Below are positions 28,881-38,302 of a DNA stretch of 64,000 nucleotides, piece by piece; the stretch's first letter is position 1, and each line of letters begins with the position of its first letter. This stretch comes from Bacteroidota bacterium (GTDB lineage Bacteria; Bacteroidota; Ignavibacteria; UBA10030; UBA6906). The translations under genes and the position numbers were made by a program. The notes under the pieces were generated by a model that was given only the letters and a program-made list of their open reading frames with translations, was not told where the DNA came from and did not search any database. Location: NCBI GenBank assembly GCA_036397975.1, contig DASWHW010000099.1, positions 700 to 64,699 of the forward strand, in the 5' to 3' direction.

Positions 28881-30811
28881 GTTCGCAGCAATACAAATTC
28901 CTCGATCGCGTTAATATCCCCGCCGATATTCGCAAGCTTTCGATGCCCGAACTTAAAGGTCTTGCAACGGACGTCCGGGAGTACCTGATCGAAACTGTTG
29001 CGAAGACGGGTGGCCATCTCGGCGCGGGGCTCGGGTCGGTGGAACTTGCCGTCGCGCTGCATTATGTCTTCAACACGCCATATGACAAGCTCGTGTGGGA
29101 TGTTGGGCACCAGGCATATCCGCACAAGATTCTTACGGGGCGCAAAGACAGACTTCACACGATTCGCCAATATCAAGGGTTGAGTGGATTCTTGAAACGC
29201 TCTGAGAGTGAGTATGACACTTTTGGAGCGGGACACGCGACCACCGCGATCTCCGCCGCAACAGGGATGGTCGCGGCAAGGGACCACATCAAAGAATCAT
29301 ATAAGGTCGTCGCAATCGTTGGTGATGGTGCGATGACTGGAGGAATGGCCTACGAAGGAATGAACAATGCCGGCCTCCTCAAGAAGGACATGATCGTCAT
29401 CCTCAATGACAATAACATGTCCATCGCGCCAAATGTCTGGGCAATTTCGAATTACTTCACCGAGCTCATTGCAGATCCACGCTATAATCGGTTTAAATCC
29501 AACATCTATGAATTAACAGGTAAACTGGATGTCTGGGGTGATCGGATCCGCCGGGTGGCCGCACGCGTCGAAGAAGGCATTAAGGTGATCGTGACACCCG
29601 GAATGCTCTTCGAAGCGCTTGGATTCCGCTACTTTGGACCTATCAACGGCCATAATCTTTCTCAGTTGGTTCGAATACTCCAGGATGTAAAAAACTACAG
29701 CGGTCCTATTCTCATCCATACCATCACACAAAAAGGGAAGGGATACAAACCTGCAGAAGCGGATGCACAACGACTTCATGGCGTTACCCCTTTTGACAAG
29801 GTCACGGGCGTAGCCCCTAAGAAATCCCCTGGAGCACCATCGTACACGAAAGTCTTCGGCGAAGCAATGGTTCAGCTTGCGCAGGAAAACCCACGTCTCG
29901 TTGGAATTACTGCTGCCATGCCAGATGGGACGGGACTCGATCAGCTACAAAGCAAGGTTCCCGATCGTTTCTATGATGTCGGCATCGCAGAACAACATGC
30001 GGTGACGTTCGCAGCTGGTCTTGCCACACAGGGTTGCATTCCCGTCGCTGCGATCTATTCCACGTTTCTCCAAAGAGCGTTCGATCAGATTATCCATGAT
30101 GTTGCCTTGCAGCATCTGCACGTGATCTTTGCCTTGGACCGAGGTGGACTTGTCGGTGCAGATGGCCCGACTCACCATGGGGTCTTCGATCTTTCATATT
30201 TACGACTCATTCCGGGAATGATCATCATGTCCCCGAAAGATGAGAGTGAACTGCGCGACATGTTGTATACGGCGGTCCGGTATGAGAAGGGTCCCATCGC
30301 GTTGCGCTACCCGCGCGGAAATGGAGTAGGAGTTCCCTTGAAGAAAGGCTTTGACCTTCTCCCACTCGGGAAGGCTGAGGTGCTGCGAACAGGAACGGAC
30401 ATTGCCATTCTTGCTCTTGGAGGGATGGTCCACCAAGCCCTAACCGCGGCAGAAGAACTACAGATGGGTGGAATCTCTGCGGAGGTGGTCAACATGAGAT
30501 TTGTCAAACCAATCGATGAGAACCTTCTCGATGATATCATGAATCGTTTCAGTGCGATAGTTACCATTGAGGACAATGTTGTCCACGGTGGTTTTGGTAG
30601 CGCAATTGCCGAATATATTTCCCAGACAAACCATTCGGAAGTCCGTTTGAAAATTCACGGGGTTCCCGATCACTTTATCGATCATGGCACACCTGCTGAA
30701 CTATACCGGGATCTCCAACTCGACTCGGCTGGCATTGCCGTTGTCGCAAAGTCCTTTCTCGCAAAACTTCCGTCCAAATCGAAAAGCCGACTGGGTGCTC
30801 TTGCTAAATAG
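28877..30811 (+). CDS. dxs: 1-deoxy-D-xylulose-5-phosphate synthase
   Basis: 644 aa with the thiamine-diphosphate motif GDGAMTGGMAYEGMNNAG and a transketolase-like C-terminus. The ATGA start overlaps the xseB stop. Confidence 0.93.
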   Translation: MSSQQYKFLDRVNIPADIRKLSMPELKGLATDVREYLIETVAKTGGHLGAGLGSVELAVALHYVFNTPYDKLVWDVGHQAYPHKILTGRKDRLHTIRQYQGLSGFLKRSESEYDTFGAGHATTAISAATGMVAARDHIKESYKVVAIVGDGAMTGGMAYEGMNNAGLLKKDMIVILNDNNMSIAPNVWAISNYFTELIADPRYNRFKSNIYELTGKLDVWGDRIRRVAARVEEGIKVIVTPGMLFEALGFRYFGPINGHNLSQLVRILQDVKNYSGPILIHTITQKGKGYKPAEADAQRLHGVTPFDKVTGVAPKKSPGAPSYTKVFGEAMVQLAQENPRLVGITAAMPDGTGLDQLQSKVPDRFYDVGIAEQHAVTFAAGLATQGCIPVAAIYSTFLQRAFDQIIHDVALQHLHVIFALDRGGLVGADGPTHHGVFDLSYLRLIPGMIIMSPKDESELRDMLYTAVRYEKGPIALRYPRGNGVGVPLKKGFDLLPLGKAEVLRTGTDIAILALGGMVHQALTAAEELQMGGISAEVVNMRFVKPIDENLLDDIMNRFSAIVTIEDNVVHGGFGSAIAEYISQTNHSEVRLKIHGVPDHFIDHGTPAELYRDLQLDSAGIAVVAKSFLAKLPSKSKSRLGALAK

Positions 30812-30832
30812 ACTCAAGCATCGCCAATACTT

Positions 30833-31837
30833 ATGGAGCCTGTAAGACTCGGCATAATAGGCGTCGGCTGGGTCGCCCAGGTAATTCATTTCCCAATCCT
30901 CATCAAACTTCCCGACGTCAAAATCGTCTCTCTGTCTGACGTGAACAAGAGTCGCGCTCACCTGGTGGGAGAGAAGTATGGAATCAAAAACATTTATTCC
31001 GATGTCCACGCGATGCTTCAGTCAGTGGACATTTCCGCCGTTCTGATTTGTACCCCCACGGATACACATCTGGACCTCGTTCTTGCTTGCCTTGCAGCCG
31101 GAAAAGACGTTCTTGTTGAAAAGCCGATAGCGCGATCCTATAAAGAAGCCGTTCAAATGGCTGATGCCGCACGCGATGCGAAGCGAAACCTTATGGTCGG
31201 CATGAACCTCCGTTTTCGTCCCGATACAATGCTGCTCAAGAGTTTTATCGAAGGAAAAGAACTAGGGAACATCTTCTACGCATCCATCGGTTGGCTAACA
31301 AAACGACAGTCGGATAGCAAATGGGCGATGAAGAAAGAGAAAGCCGGAGGGGGAGTGTTCATGGATATCGGCAACGTATTGCTCGATATGGCCCTGTGGA
31401 TGATGGGATATCCTAATGTGACCCGTGTGAAGGCGAATCATTTCAAGCAGAAAGCAAAACAGGTGGAAGATACATCTCTCGTGACCTTAACCCTGTCTAA
31501 CGGCGCCGTAATACGAATAGAATCAAGTTGGTCTCTTTGTCTGCAGGATGAAATCTATTACGGCCACTTTTACGGACCCGAAGGAACGGCAAGTCTGAAT
31601 CCCCTTCGAATCCATCGAGAGCGATATGGGAATGTGGTAAACCTCGCGCCTGCAAAAATGGACTCACCACAGGCAATGTTCAAGAGATCGTACGAAAACG
31701 AGTTGAAACATTTTCTGGCCGCCGTCCAAGGAATTCACCCACTCATCTCCACTGCGGACGAAGCAATTCACCGAATGCGGATTGTAGAAGCAGTATACAA
31801 ATCGGCCCGTCTGGGAAAAGAAATTGTCATCACGTAG
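30833..31837 (+). CDS. Gfo/Idh/MocA family oxidoreductase
   Basis: N-terminal Rossmann fold (LGIIGVGWVAQ) and the EKP motif (VLVEKPIA). Confidence 0.75.
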   Translation: MEPVRLGIIGVGWVAQVIHFPILIKLPDVKIVSLSDVNKSRAHLVGEKYGIKNIYSDVHAMLQSVDISAVLICTPTDTHLDLVLACLAAGKDVLVEKPIARSYKEAVQMADAARDAKRNLMVGMNLRFRPDTMLLKSFIEGKELGNIFYASIGWLTKRQSDSKWAMKKEKAGGGVFMDIGNVLLDMALWMMGYPNVTRVKANHFKQKAKQVEDTSLVTLTLSNGAVIRIESSWSLCLQDEIYYGHFYGPEGTASLNPLRIHRERYGNVVNLAPAKMDSPQAMFKRSYENELKHFLAAVQGIHPLISTADEAIHRMRIVEAVYKSARLGKEIVIT

Positions 31838-32537
31838 TACCGGCAACAACAGGACGGGGGATGTTCATGTCCTCGTCGTCGATGACGAACCGGACATCAT
31901 CGAGGTGATCCGTTATAATCTTGTCCGTGAAGGATTTGTCGTTTCTTCAGCAAAGAACGGCAACGAATGTCTGACAGAAGTGCATCAACACACACCCGAT
32001 CTGATTATCCTCGACGTAATGATGCCGGTTATGGATGGGTTTGAAACTTGCCGACGATTGAAGGCGGGCACCGCGACCAGGGAGATTCCGATCATCTTTC
32101 TGACCGCGCGATCCGGAGAGAGAGACGAGATTGAAGGTCTCGATCTTGGTGCGGACGATTACATTACAAAACCCATCAGTCCTCGTCGATTGGTCTCGCG
32201 AGTGAAGGCTTCATTACGACGGTTGGAGACGATCGCGAAGGACCCCCAGATTCTTCGGGTTGGGAACATCGTCGTAAACCGAAGTCAATACTCCGTCCAC
32301 CATGGAGATCAAGAACTTTCTCTTCCGCGCAAAGAATTTGAACTCCTTGCGTTCATGGCAGCCCGCCCTGGAAGAGTACTGTCCCGCGACGTTCTCCTCA
32401 ATCAAATCTGGGGAAGCGACGTGGTAGTCGTAGATCGCACTGTCGATGTTCATATCAGCAAGCTTAGGGAGAAGCTGGGAAAGCATGGACTTCTCATCGA
32501 GACGGTCAAGGGTGTGGGATATCGTCTTCGTGAGTAA
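31824..32537 (+). CDS. OmpR/PhoB-family response regulator
   Basis: Receiver domain (VLVVDDEPDI...ILDVMMP) followed by a winged-helix DNA-binding domain (GYRL). Confidence 0.85.
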   Translation: MSSRSTGNNRTGDVHVLVVDDEPDIIEVIRYNLVREGFVVSSAKNGNECLTEVHQHTPDLIILDVMMPVMDGFETCRRLKAGTATREIPIIFLTARSGERDEIEGLDLGADDYITKPISPRRLVSRVKASLRRLETIAKDPQILRVGNIVVNRSQYSVHHGDQELSLPRKEFELLAFMAARPGRVLSRDVLLNQIWGSDVVVVDRTVDVHISKLREKLGKHGLLIETVKGVGYRLRE

Positions 32538-32548
32538 GGAAGACCCTT

Positions 32549-33979
32549 GTGAAACTTAGAACCAAAATACTATCTACCTATCTTCTTCTCACTGTATTGG
32601 GTCTAGTTCTGGTTGGTGTGGTCACCGCTTACCAAATTCAAATACACCTCGAGCAACATGTGGAAGACGAGTTGGGGGAGAGACTCACTCTTGTCATCCG
32701 CTCGCTTTCAGAAGAAGAACTCTGGCTCAGCAAGGAAAACCGTCAATATCTTACCACGGTTTCCGAGGCGCTTCATTCCCGCATTTCGTTTGTCGATCAA
32801 TCCGGGATAGTGTTTTACGATTCTCAGATTCCGGATGATTCTCTTCCCCAGCTTGAGAACCATCTTCATCGACCTGAGATTCAGCAAGCCTCACGCCAAC
32901 CTTTTGGAATTGATAAACGAAAGAGTCAGTCGGTGGGGAAGGCCTATTTCTATATGGCGCGCAGGATACCAGGAACAAGTTTTGGTCGTCCCGATTCTGT
33001 GTACGTCCGCGTGACTCGTTCCCTGGAGGCGGCAGAAGCGATGCAAAAGGACATTTTCACAACAATCAGCATGGTCATGTTTCTTGCCTTCCTCCTGATG
33101 GGTTTTGTGTCGATCCGTTTATCAAAAACTGCGACCCGACCTATTGTCTCAATTCTCCGAACAGCGAAGGCCATTCGTAATGGTGATCTTGAACAGCGAA
33201 TTCAGATTCTCGCGCACGATGAACTTGGGGAACTGTCAAGTGCCATAAACGAAATGGCTCAAACGCTCTCGAACGACATTAGTCGTCTCAAGCGGTTGGA
33301 ACAGGTTCGGAGTGAATTTCTGGGGAATGTTTCACATGAACTCAGGACACCACTGTTTTCACTCCAGGGGTTTCTTGAGACACTCATCGATGGTGCGATC
33401 GATGATCCGGAAGTAAATAGGCCTTTTCTTGAGAAAGCGCTCCACCATGCAAATCGGCTGAATGCACTACTGAACGACCTCATTCAGATTTCGAGCATTG
33501 AATCTGGAGAAATGATTATGAGTTTTCGGTACTTTGCTGTTCGGGATTTTCTTGCGAGCTGCGTTGCAGAAATGAAATCGCTTGCCGAGAAAAGAGGTGT
33601 CCGTCTATTCATCGGGGCTGGCGAAGACATGCAGGTCTACGGTGACCGCGACAGGCTGAAGCAGGTAATTACGAACCTCGTCGACAATGCAATCAAGTAT
33701 ACCGCTTCCGGTGGAACCATCGAGGTTCGCGCAAACGCAGCGGACAACTTTTGCACCATCTCAGTGCATGACACAGGAATTGGTATTCCAGAAGAGCATA
33801 TACCAAGAGTCGCTGAGAGATTTTACCGAGTTGATCGTGATCGCTCACGAGAAGTCGGCGGCACGGGTTTGGGTCTAGCCATCGTAAAGCACATCGTGGA
33901 GGCGCATGAGAGTAGGCTGCAAGTCGAAAGCACTGTCAATGCTGGCAGCACTTTTTCATTTACATTGAAAAATTCATGA
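32549..33979 (+). CDS. Sensor histidine kinase with a ~150-aa periplasmic domain, HAMP, HisKA and HATPase domains
   Basis: GTG start. Two TM segments flank a periplasmic region. H-box (VSHELRTPL), and G-boxes (HDTGIGI, GGTGLGLAI). Confidence 0.85.
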   Translation: MKLRTKILSTYLLLTVLGLVLVGVVTAYQIQIHLEQHVEDELGERLTLVIRSLSEEELWLSKENRQYLTTVSEALHSRISFVDQSGIVFYDSQIPDDSLPQLENHLHRPEIQQASRQPFGIDKRKSQSVGKAYFYMARRIPGTSFGRPDSVYVRVTRSLEAAEAMQKDIFTTISMVMFLAFLLMGFVSIRLSKTATRPIVSILRTAKAIRNGDLEQRIQILAHDELGELSSAINEMAQTLSNDISRLKRLEQVRSEFLGNVSHELRTPLFSLQGFLETLIDGAIDDPEVNRPFLEKALHHANRLNALLNDLIQISSIESGEMIMSFRYFAVRDFLASCVAEMKSLAEKRGVRLFIGAGEDMQVYGDRDRLKQVITNLVDNAIKYTASGGTIEVRANAADNFCTISVHDTGIGIPEEHIPRVAERFYRVDRDRSREVGGTGLGLAIVKHIVEAHESRLQVESTVNAGSTFSFTLKNS

Positions 33980-35073
33980 GAGCTCAAAATGAAGTGACTG
34001 ACGAGCAATTCATGCGTCAATGTATCCGCCTTGCTGAAAGAGGGAGAGGGTACGTTAGTCCGAATCCTGTCGTAGGTGCACTTCTTGTGAAGGATGGAGA
34101 AGTACTGTCCAGGGGATACCACAAGAAATACGGTGGCGATCATGCTGAGGTGGAGTGCCTCAGCCACTACGATGGTGACTGTCGGGGAACAACATTGTTT
34201 GTTAATCTGGAACCATGCTCGCATTTTGGAAAGACCCCTCCATGCACGGAGACGATTGTTCGCCGGGGGATCTCACGAGTTGTTATCGGAATAATTGATC
34301 CGAATCCCATTGTTTCGGGGAAAGGAGTGAGGGATCTAGCAAAGGCTGGAATAGATGTCATCACCGGGACATGCGAGAGCGAATGCCGACAACTGAACAA
34401 AATGTTCATAAAAAACATATCTTCAAAAGTGCCATTCGTGAATGTGAAGATCGCGCAGACGCTCGATGGGAAGATCGCGAGGCGACGACAGGGATTCTCC
34501 TGGATTACCGGGGCTGCGTCTCAGAACGAGGTTCATAAATGGAGACGTGCATATGATGCAGTCTGCGTCGGGGCAGGGGCAATACGCACGGATAATCCTT
34601 CGCTGACGGTGCGACATGTACGGGGCCGCAATCCGGGTGTTGTTATTCTTGACGGACGGCTCAACGTTCATCCCGATTCCCGAGTTTTTACCACGGCCCC
34701 AGAACGCAAGATCTTCATCGTGTGTACGGAAAACTCAGTACGAAACAAGAAATCACATGTGGCACGTTTGACCAAGAGGGGAGTTACAGTAATCCCTATG
34801 TCGGGGCCCCGCATTGATATCCAGAAAATGCTCTTCGCACTCTACCAGCGCGGGATCGGGTCAATTCTTGTTGAGGGAGGTCAGAAGGTATTTTCCCAGT
34901 TCATCCTTCAACACTTTTATGATGAGGTGAGTGTTTTCATTTCACCGAAATCGTATGGAAACGGATTGAGCCCGTGTGTTTTTGACCTTCCCGGTGACGA
35001 TAAGCTCTCGTATGTCGAAATGACTTCCCGAAGGCTGGGCAACGACGTTCTTATCCAACTGACCAAGGAATGA
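33976..35073 (+). CDS. ribD: Bifunctional diaminohydroxyphosphoribosylaminopyrimidine deaminase / 5-amino-6-(5-phosphoribosylamino)uracil reductase
   Basis: CMP/dCMP-deaminase zinc motif (HAEVECL...PCSHFGKTPPC) plus a RibG reductase C-terminal domain. The ATGA start overlaps the kinase stop. Confidence 0.9.
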   Translation: MRAQNEVTDEQFMRQCIRLAERGRGYVSPNPVVGALLVKDGEVLSRGYHKKYGGDHAEVECLSHYDGDCRGTTLFVNLEPCSHFGKTPPCTETIVRRGISRVVIGIIDPNPIVSGKGVRDLAKAGIDVITGTCESECRQLNKMFIKNISSKVPFVNVKIAQTLDGKIARRRQGFSWITGAASQNEVHKWRRAYDAVCVGAGAIRTDNPSLTVRHVRGRNPGVVILDGRLNVHPDSRVFTTAPERKIFIVCTENSVRNKKSHVARLTKRGVTVIPMSGPRIDIQKMLFALYQRGIGSILVEGGQKVFSQFILQHFYDEVSVFISPKSYGNGLSPCVFDLPGDDKLSYVEMTSRRLGNDVLIQLTKE

Positions 35074-35082
35074 AAGGAATCA

Positions 35083-35730
35083 ATGTTTACAGGGATAATT
35101 GAAGAAGTTGGAACGATTCAAGATGTATTGAAAGAGGGCGGAGGCATTCGATTCAGAATCGGTGCCCCCGAAACATCCTCGCAGGTTGGTGTGGACGACA
35201 GCGTTGCAATCAACGGTATTTGCCAAACCATTGTTCGGTGTGACAGCTCTTCGTTTGATGTGCAGGCTGTCGAAGAAACACTTAAGAAAACCGCAATGGG
35301 CTCGTATGTCAATGAACAACAGGTGAATCTTGAACTTCCCGTCCGGCTTTCTGACCGTCTTGGTGGCCATCTTGTATCGGGGCATGTCGACACGACTGGC
35401 GTTGTAGACTCATTGGAAGACATGGAAAGCTCTCTGCTTGTTGCCGTTTCCTTTCCTCCTGAGTTCACCCGGTATTGTATCCCTGTTGGATCGATTACGG
35501 TGGACGGAGTCAGCTTGACCATTGCCTCACTTAAGGAAAATCAATTCGTTGTGTCGCTAATTCCACACACATTAGGAAACACCACCCTCGGCGCACTTGT
35601 GGTTGGCTCAAGAGTGAACCTTGAATTCGATCTCGTCGGAAAATACATTGAAAGTTTAGCAACTGCTCGTGGAGAAAAGAAACAATCCATCACATGGGAG
35701 AAACTCCAAAATTGGGGGTATGGCGGTTGA
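35083..35730 (+). CDS. ribE: Riboflavin synthase (alpha chain)
   Basis: Starts MFTGIIEEVGTI, with the two lumazine-binding repeats (GDSVAINGICQT / GSITVDGVSLT). Confidence 0.9.
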   Translation: MFTGIIEEVGTIQDVLKEGGGIRFRIGAPETSSQVGVDDSVAINGICQTIVRCDSSSFDVQAVEETLKKTAMGSYVNEQQVNLELPVRLSDRLGGHLVSGHVDTTGVVDSLEDMESSLLVAVSFPPEFTRYCIPVGSITVDGVSLTIASLKENQFVVSLIPHTLGNTTLGALVVGSRVNLEFDLVGKYIESLATARGEKKQSITWEKLQNWGYGG

Positions 35731-35809
35731 AATCGCCTTGATTCCTCGCCTCAAATTCCTTATTTTTGTACTCCCAAGATCGATTTTTCCTTCATAGTCG
35801 GACTTACTT

Positions 35810-36157
35810 ATGTTTGCTTTCTTGATGATTGTTCAAATACTCGTTTGCCTTCTTCTGATCGCGGTTATTCTCATGCAATCCAGCAAAGGTGGGGGACTTG
35901 CAGGCACCTTTGGTGGTGGTAATGTTGGGATGGTGTTTGGTGTGAGAAGAACTGCCGATTTTCTCATCCGGGCGACACAGATCCTTGCAGGGACATTCAT
36001 CGTCCTCAGTTTTCTGATGAACGTCTTTTTCCTCCCGAAGACAACTACTGAACGTAGTATTATCGAACAAGGAGGAACTCCGACCCAACAGCAGCAACAG
36101 GGTCTTCCACCGCAATCGATTCCGAGCGAAACTCCTCCTCCGGCTCCACAGCAATAA
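35810..36157 (+). CDS. secG: Preprotein translocase subunit SecG
   Basis: 115 aa with a SecG-like N-terminus (LLIAVILMQSSKGGGLAGTFGG) and a Q/P-rich tail. Confidence 0.8.
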   Translation: MFAFLMIVQILVCLLLIAVILMQSSKGGGLAGTFGGGNVGMVFGVRRTADFLIRATQILAGTFIVLSFLMNVFFLPKTTTERSIIEQGGTPTQQQQQGLPPQSIPSETPPPAPQQ

Positions 36158-36173
36158 GATTTCCAGTTGTGCG

Positions 36174-36246
36174 GCACCCATGGCTCAATTGGTAGAGCAA
36201 CTGACTCTTAATCAGTGGGTTCCAGGTTCGAGTCCTGGTGGGTGCA
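36174..36246 (+). tRNA. tRNA-Lys (anticodon CTT)
   Basis: Hand-folded cloverleaf: acceptor stem GCACCCA/TGGGTGC, D-loop with GG, anticodon loop CTCTTAA, T-arm CCAGGTTCGAGTCCTGG and discriminator A. The 3' CCA is not encoded. Confidence 0.85.
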
Positions 36247-36248
36247 CT

Positions 36249-36281
36249 AAATCCCTTGACAGTGTAGTCTGTCAGGGATTT
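36249..36281 (+). repeat. 13-bp inverted repeat (hairpin) immediately 3' of tRNA-Lys
   Basis: AAATCCCTTGACAG-tgtagt-CTGTCAGGGATTT, with a 1-nt bulge. It is not followed by a U-tract. Confidence 0.6.
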
Positions 36282-36337
36282 GCCGCTCTTGGAGCCATTG
36301 TGCTTGACTCTCAAGAATTAGTCCTTTAGCTTTTCCA

Positions 36338-37273
36338 ATGAATCCGATAAAGCCTCCCGCTCTACGAAATGGTGATCTCATTGGAATCGTTTCTCCCGCC
36401 AGTCCGGTCGATGATAGCACGAAAATCGAAAAGGGAGTCCGCTACCTCGAAAGCCATGGCTATCGAACGATCATCGGAACCCACGCACAGGAGAAAAATG
36501 GCTACCTGGCAGGTTTTGATAAAGATCGGGCGGACGATCTGCATCAGATGTTTCTCAAGAAAGAAGTCCGCGCTATTATCGCGGTCCGTGGAGGTTATGG
36601 AACACCAAGACTGCTATCGCTTCTTGACTATTCCATCATCAAACGAAATCCAAAAATCCTTGTGGGTTTCAGCGACCTCACCGCGCTCCAATTAGCCATA
36701 TGGAAGCATGTTCGGATGATAACCTTCCACGGTCCCATGTTAGCAAGCGATATGGCAGGCACGATCGATCCCTATACTGAAGAAATGTTCTGGCGACTTG
36801 TTTCGTCAAAGAAGGCAATCGGTAACATTAATCTCTCCGAGAATGACACAATAACCTTGGCAGCTGGAAGGGCAAAGGGTATCCTGCTCGGCGGAAACCT
36901 CTCTCTTCTTGTGAATCTTGTTGGAACGCCTCATTGCCCGAACTTCCGGAATAGCCTTCTCTTTGTGGAAGAAGTGGGGGAAGAACCATATCGCGTAGAT
37001 CGGATGCTAGTTCAATTACGTGAGGCTGGGATTCTGAAAAATGCTTCAGGGTTTCTTGCTGGACAATTCGCAGATTGTGTTCCAAAGGACTCAAAGCCAT
37101 CCGCATCCGTCAACGAATTGTTTTCTCAGTGTGCCGACCTACTGGACAAGCCGTTTCTTAGTAATCTTCCGTTCGGCCATGTACCGAGAAAACTGACTCT
37201 ACCCATTGGTCTTCAAGCGACTCTTGATGCGGGAAAACGGAACCTCCAGTTTGTCGAAGCGGCGGTCTCTTGA
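36338..37273 (+). CDS. ldcA: LD-carboxypeptidase (peptidase S66, muramoyltetrapeptide carboxypeptidase)
   Basis: 311 aa with the motifs GDLIGIVSPAS, RGGYGT and GFSDLTAL. Confidence 0.8.
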   Translation: MNPIKPPALRNGDLIGIVSPASPVDDSTKIEKGVRYLESHGYRTIIGTHAQEKNGYLAGFDKDRADDLHQMFLKKEVRAIIAVRGGYGTPRLLSLLDYSIIKRNPKILVGFSDLTALQLAIWKHVRMITFHGPMLASDMAGTIDPYTEEMFWRLVSSKKAIGNINLSENDTITLAAGRAKGILLGGNLSLLVNLVGTPHCPNFRNSLLFVEEVGEEPYRVDRMLVQLREAGILKNASGFLAGQFADCVPKDSKPSASVNELFSQCADLLDKPFLSNLPFGHVPRKLTLPIGLQATLDAGKRNLQFVEAAVS

Positions 37274-37287
37274 GAAGAGGACATTAA

Positions 37288-38301
37288 ATGACTCAACCCA
37301 CAGCTAACACTGCATCATTTAGCAATGATGTTGCACTTGTTGACCAGTCCTACAAGGGACTACTGCTTCTCAAAGGGAAAGACGGACTCGATCTATTGCA
37401 TAGGCTCTCCACAAATGACTTAAGCGGGATGAGGAATGAGCGTGTGGCTCAAACCATTTTCACAACAGAAAAAGGGAGATTGGTTGATATTGTAGATGTC
37501 ATTCGTTTAGATGAAGCCAACGTGACAATTGTTACGTCCTCTGCTGAACCACTCGTAATGAATTGGATAATGAGATTCGTCATCATGGAGGATGTTGAGA
37601 TTTCGAATGTCTCTGAATCAACCGCCCATTTGTCTTTGTTCGGTAGTTACGCACCGGACATTGCCCAACAGCTTGGTTTGACCGAGGGGGTTATAAAGCA
37701 ACTAAGCGATTTGCCCGGTACGCCCCTGGTGTACCATACAACTCTTATAGAAACCCAACGCATTTCCTTCTTAGTCCAGAAGTCGTATGTGGACGACTTG
37801 GAGAAGTGGCTTCTTTCCCGTTCACCAAGAATAAGCAAAGAAAGCGAAGCAACCCACGAGCACTGGCGAATTGTAAAAGGAATTCCGGCTTTTGGAAAGG
37901 AGATCACAACTGACTATAACCCGTATGAAGTGAATCTCTCGGAAGTGATCAACTTTGCAAAGGGGTGCTATGTGGGACAAGAGGTAATCGCGCGTCTCGA
38001 TACGTACGACAAAGTACAAAAACAACTTGTGAAGATTTCATTCAAGGGAGTACTAACAAAGCAATCACTTCCTACGCTACTCTTCCACAATGGACTTGAA
38101 ATCGGTGCTTTGACTAGTGTTTCTCCGCTTCTTGCTGACGATTTCCAGTGCGCACTCGGCGTGATAAGAAAGAACTCCGTCCTAGATGGTGAAACAGTTT
38201 ATGCAATTGATGACTCAGGGAATCAGGTTACTGGGGCCGTATCGCTTGCGCAGGTACAGCCACCTCGGTCAGCTGCGAAAAGAACATCAATCAGGATATA
38301 A
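37288..38301 (+). CDS. YgfZ/GcvT-like folate-binding protein
   Basis: 337 aa with an aminomethyltransferase-like fold and a C-terminal barrel (K-G-C-Y-x-G-Q-E: AKGCYVGQE). Confidence 0.55.
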   Translation: MTQPTANTASFSNDVALVDQSYKGLLLLKGKDGLDLLHRLSTNDLSGMRNERVAQTIFTTEKGRLVDIVDVIRLDEANVTIVTSSAEPLVMNWIMRFVIMEDVEISNVSESTAHLSLFGSYAPDIAQQLGLTEGVIKQLSDLPGTPLVYHTTLIETQRISFLVQKSYVDDLEKWLLSRSPRISKESEATHEHWRIVKGIPAFGKEITTDYNPYEVNLSEVINFAKGCYVGQEVIARLDTYDKVQKQLVKISFKGVLTKQSLPTLLFHNGLEIGALTSVSPLLADDFQCALGVIRKNSVLDGETVYAIDDSGNQVTGAVSLAQVQPPRSAAKRTSIRI

Positions 38302-38302
38302 G

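Noticed and set aside
33976-34012. FMN riboswitch upstream of ribD
   Set aside because: The ribD ATG overlaps the kinase stop codon, so there is no intergenic space. No riboswitch-like conserved segments were recognisable.
36060-36314. 84-aa ORF on the minus strand
   Set aside because: It overlaps the tRNA-Lys gene and its flanking hairpin, and the tRNA cloverleaf explains the region.
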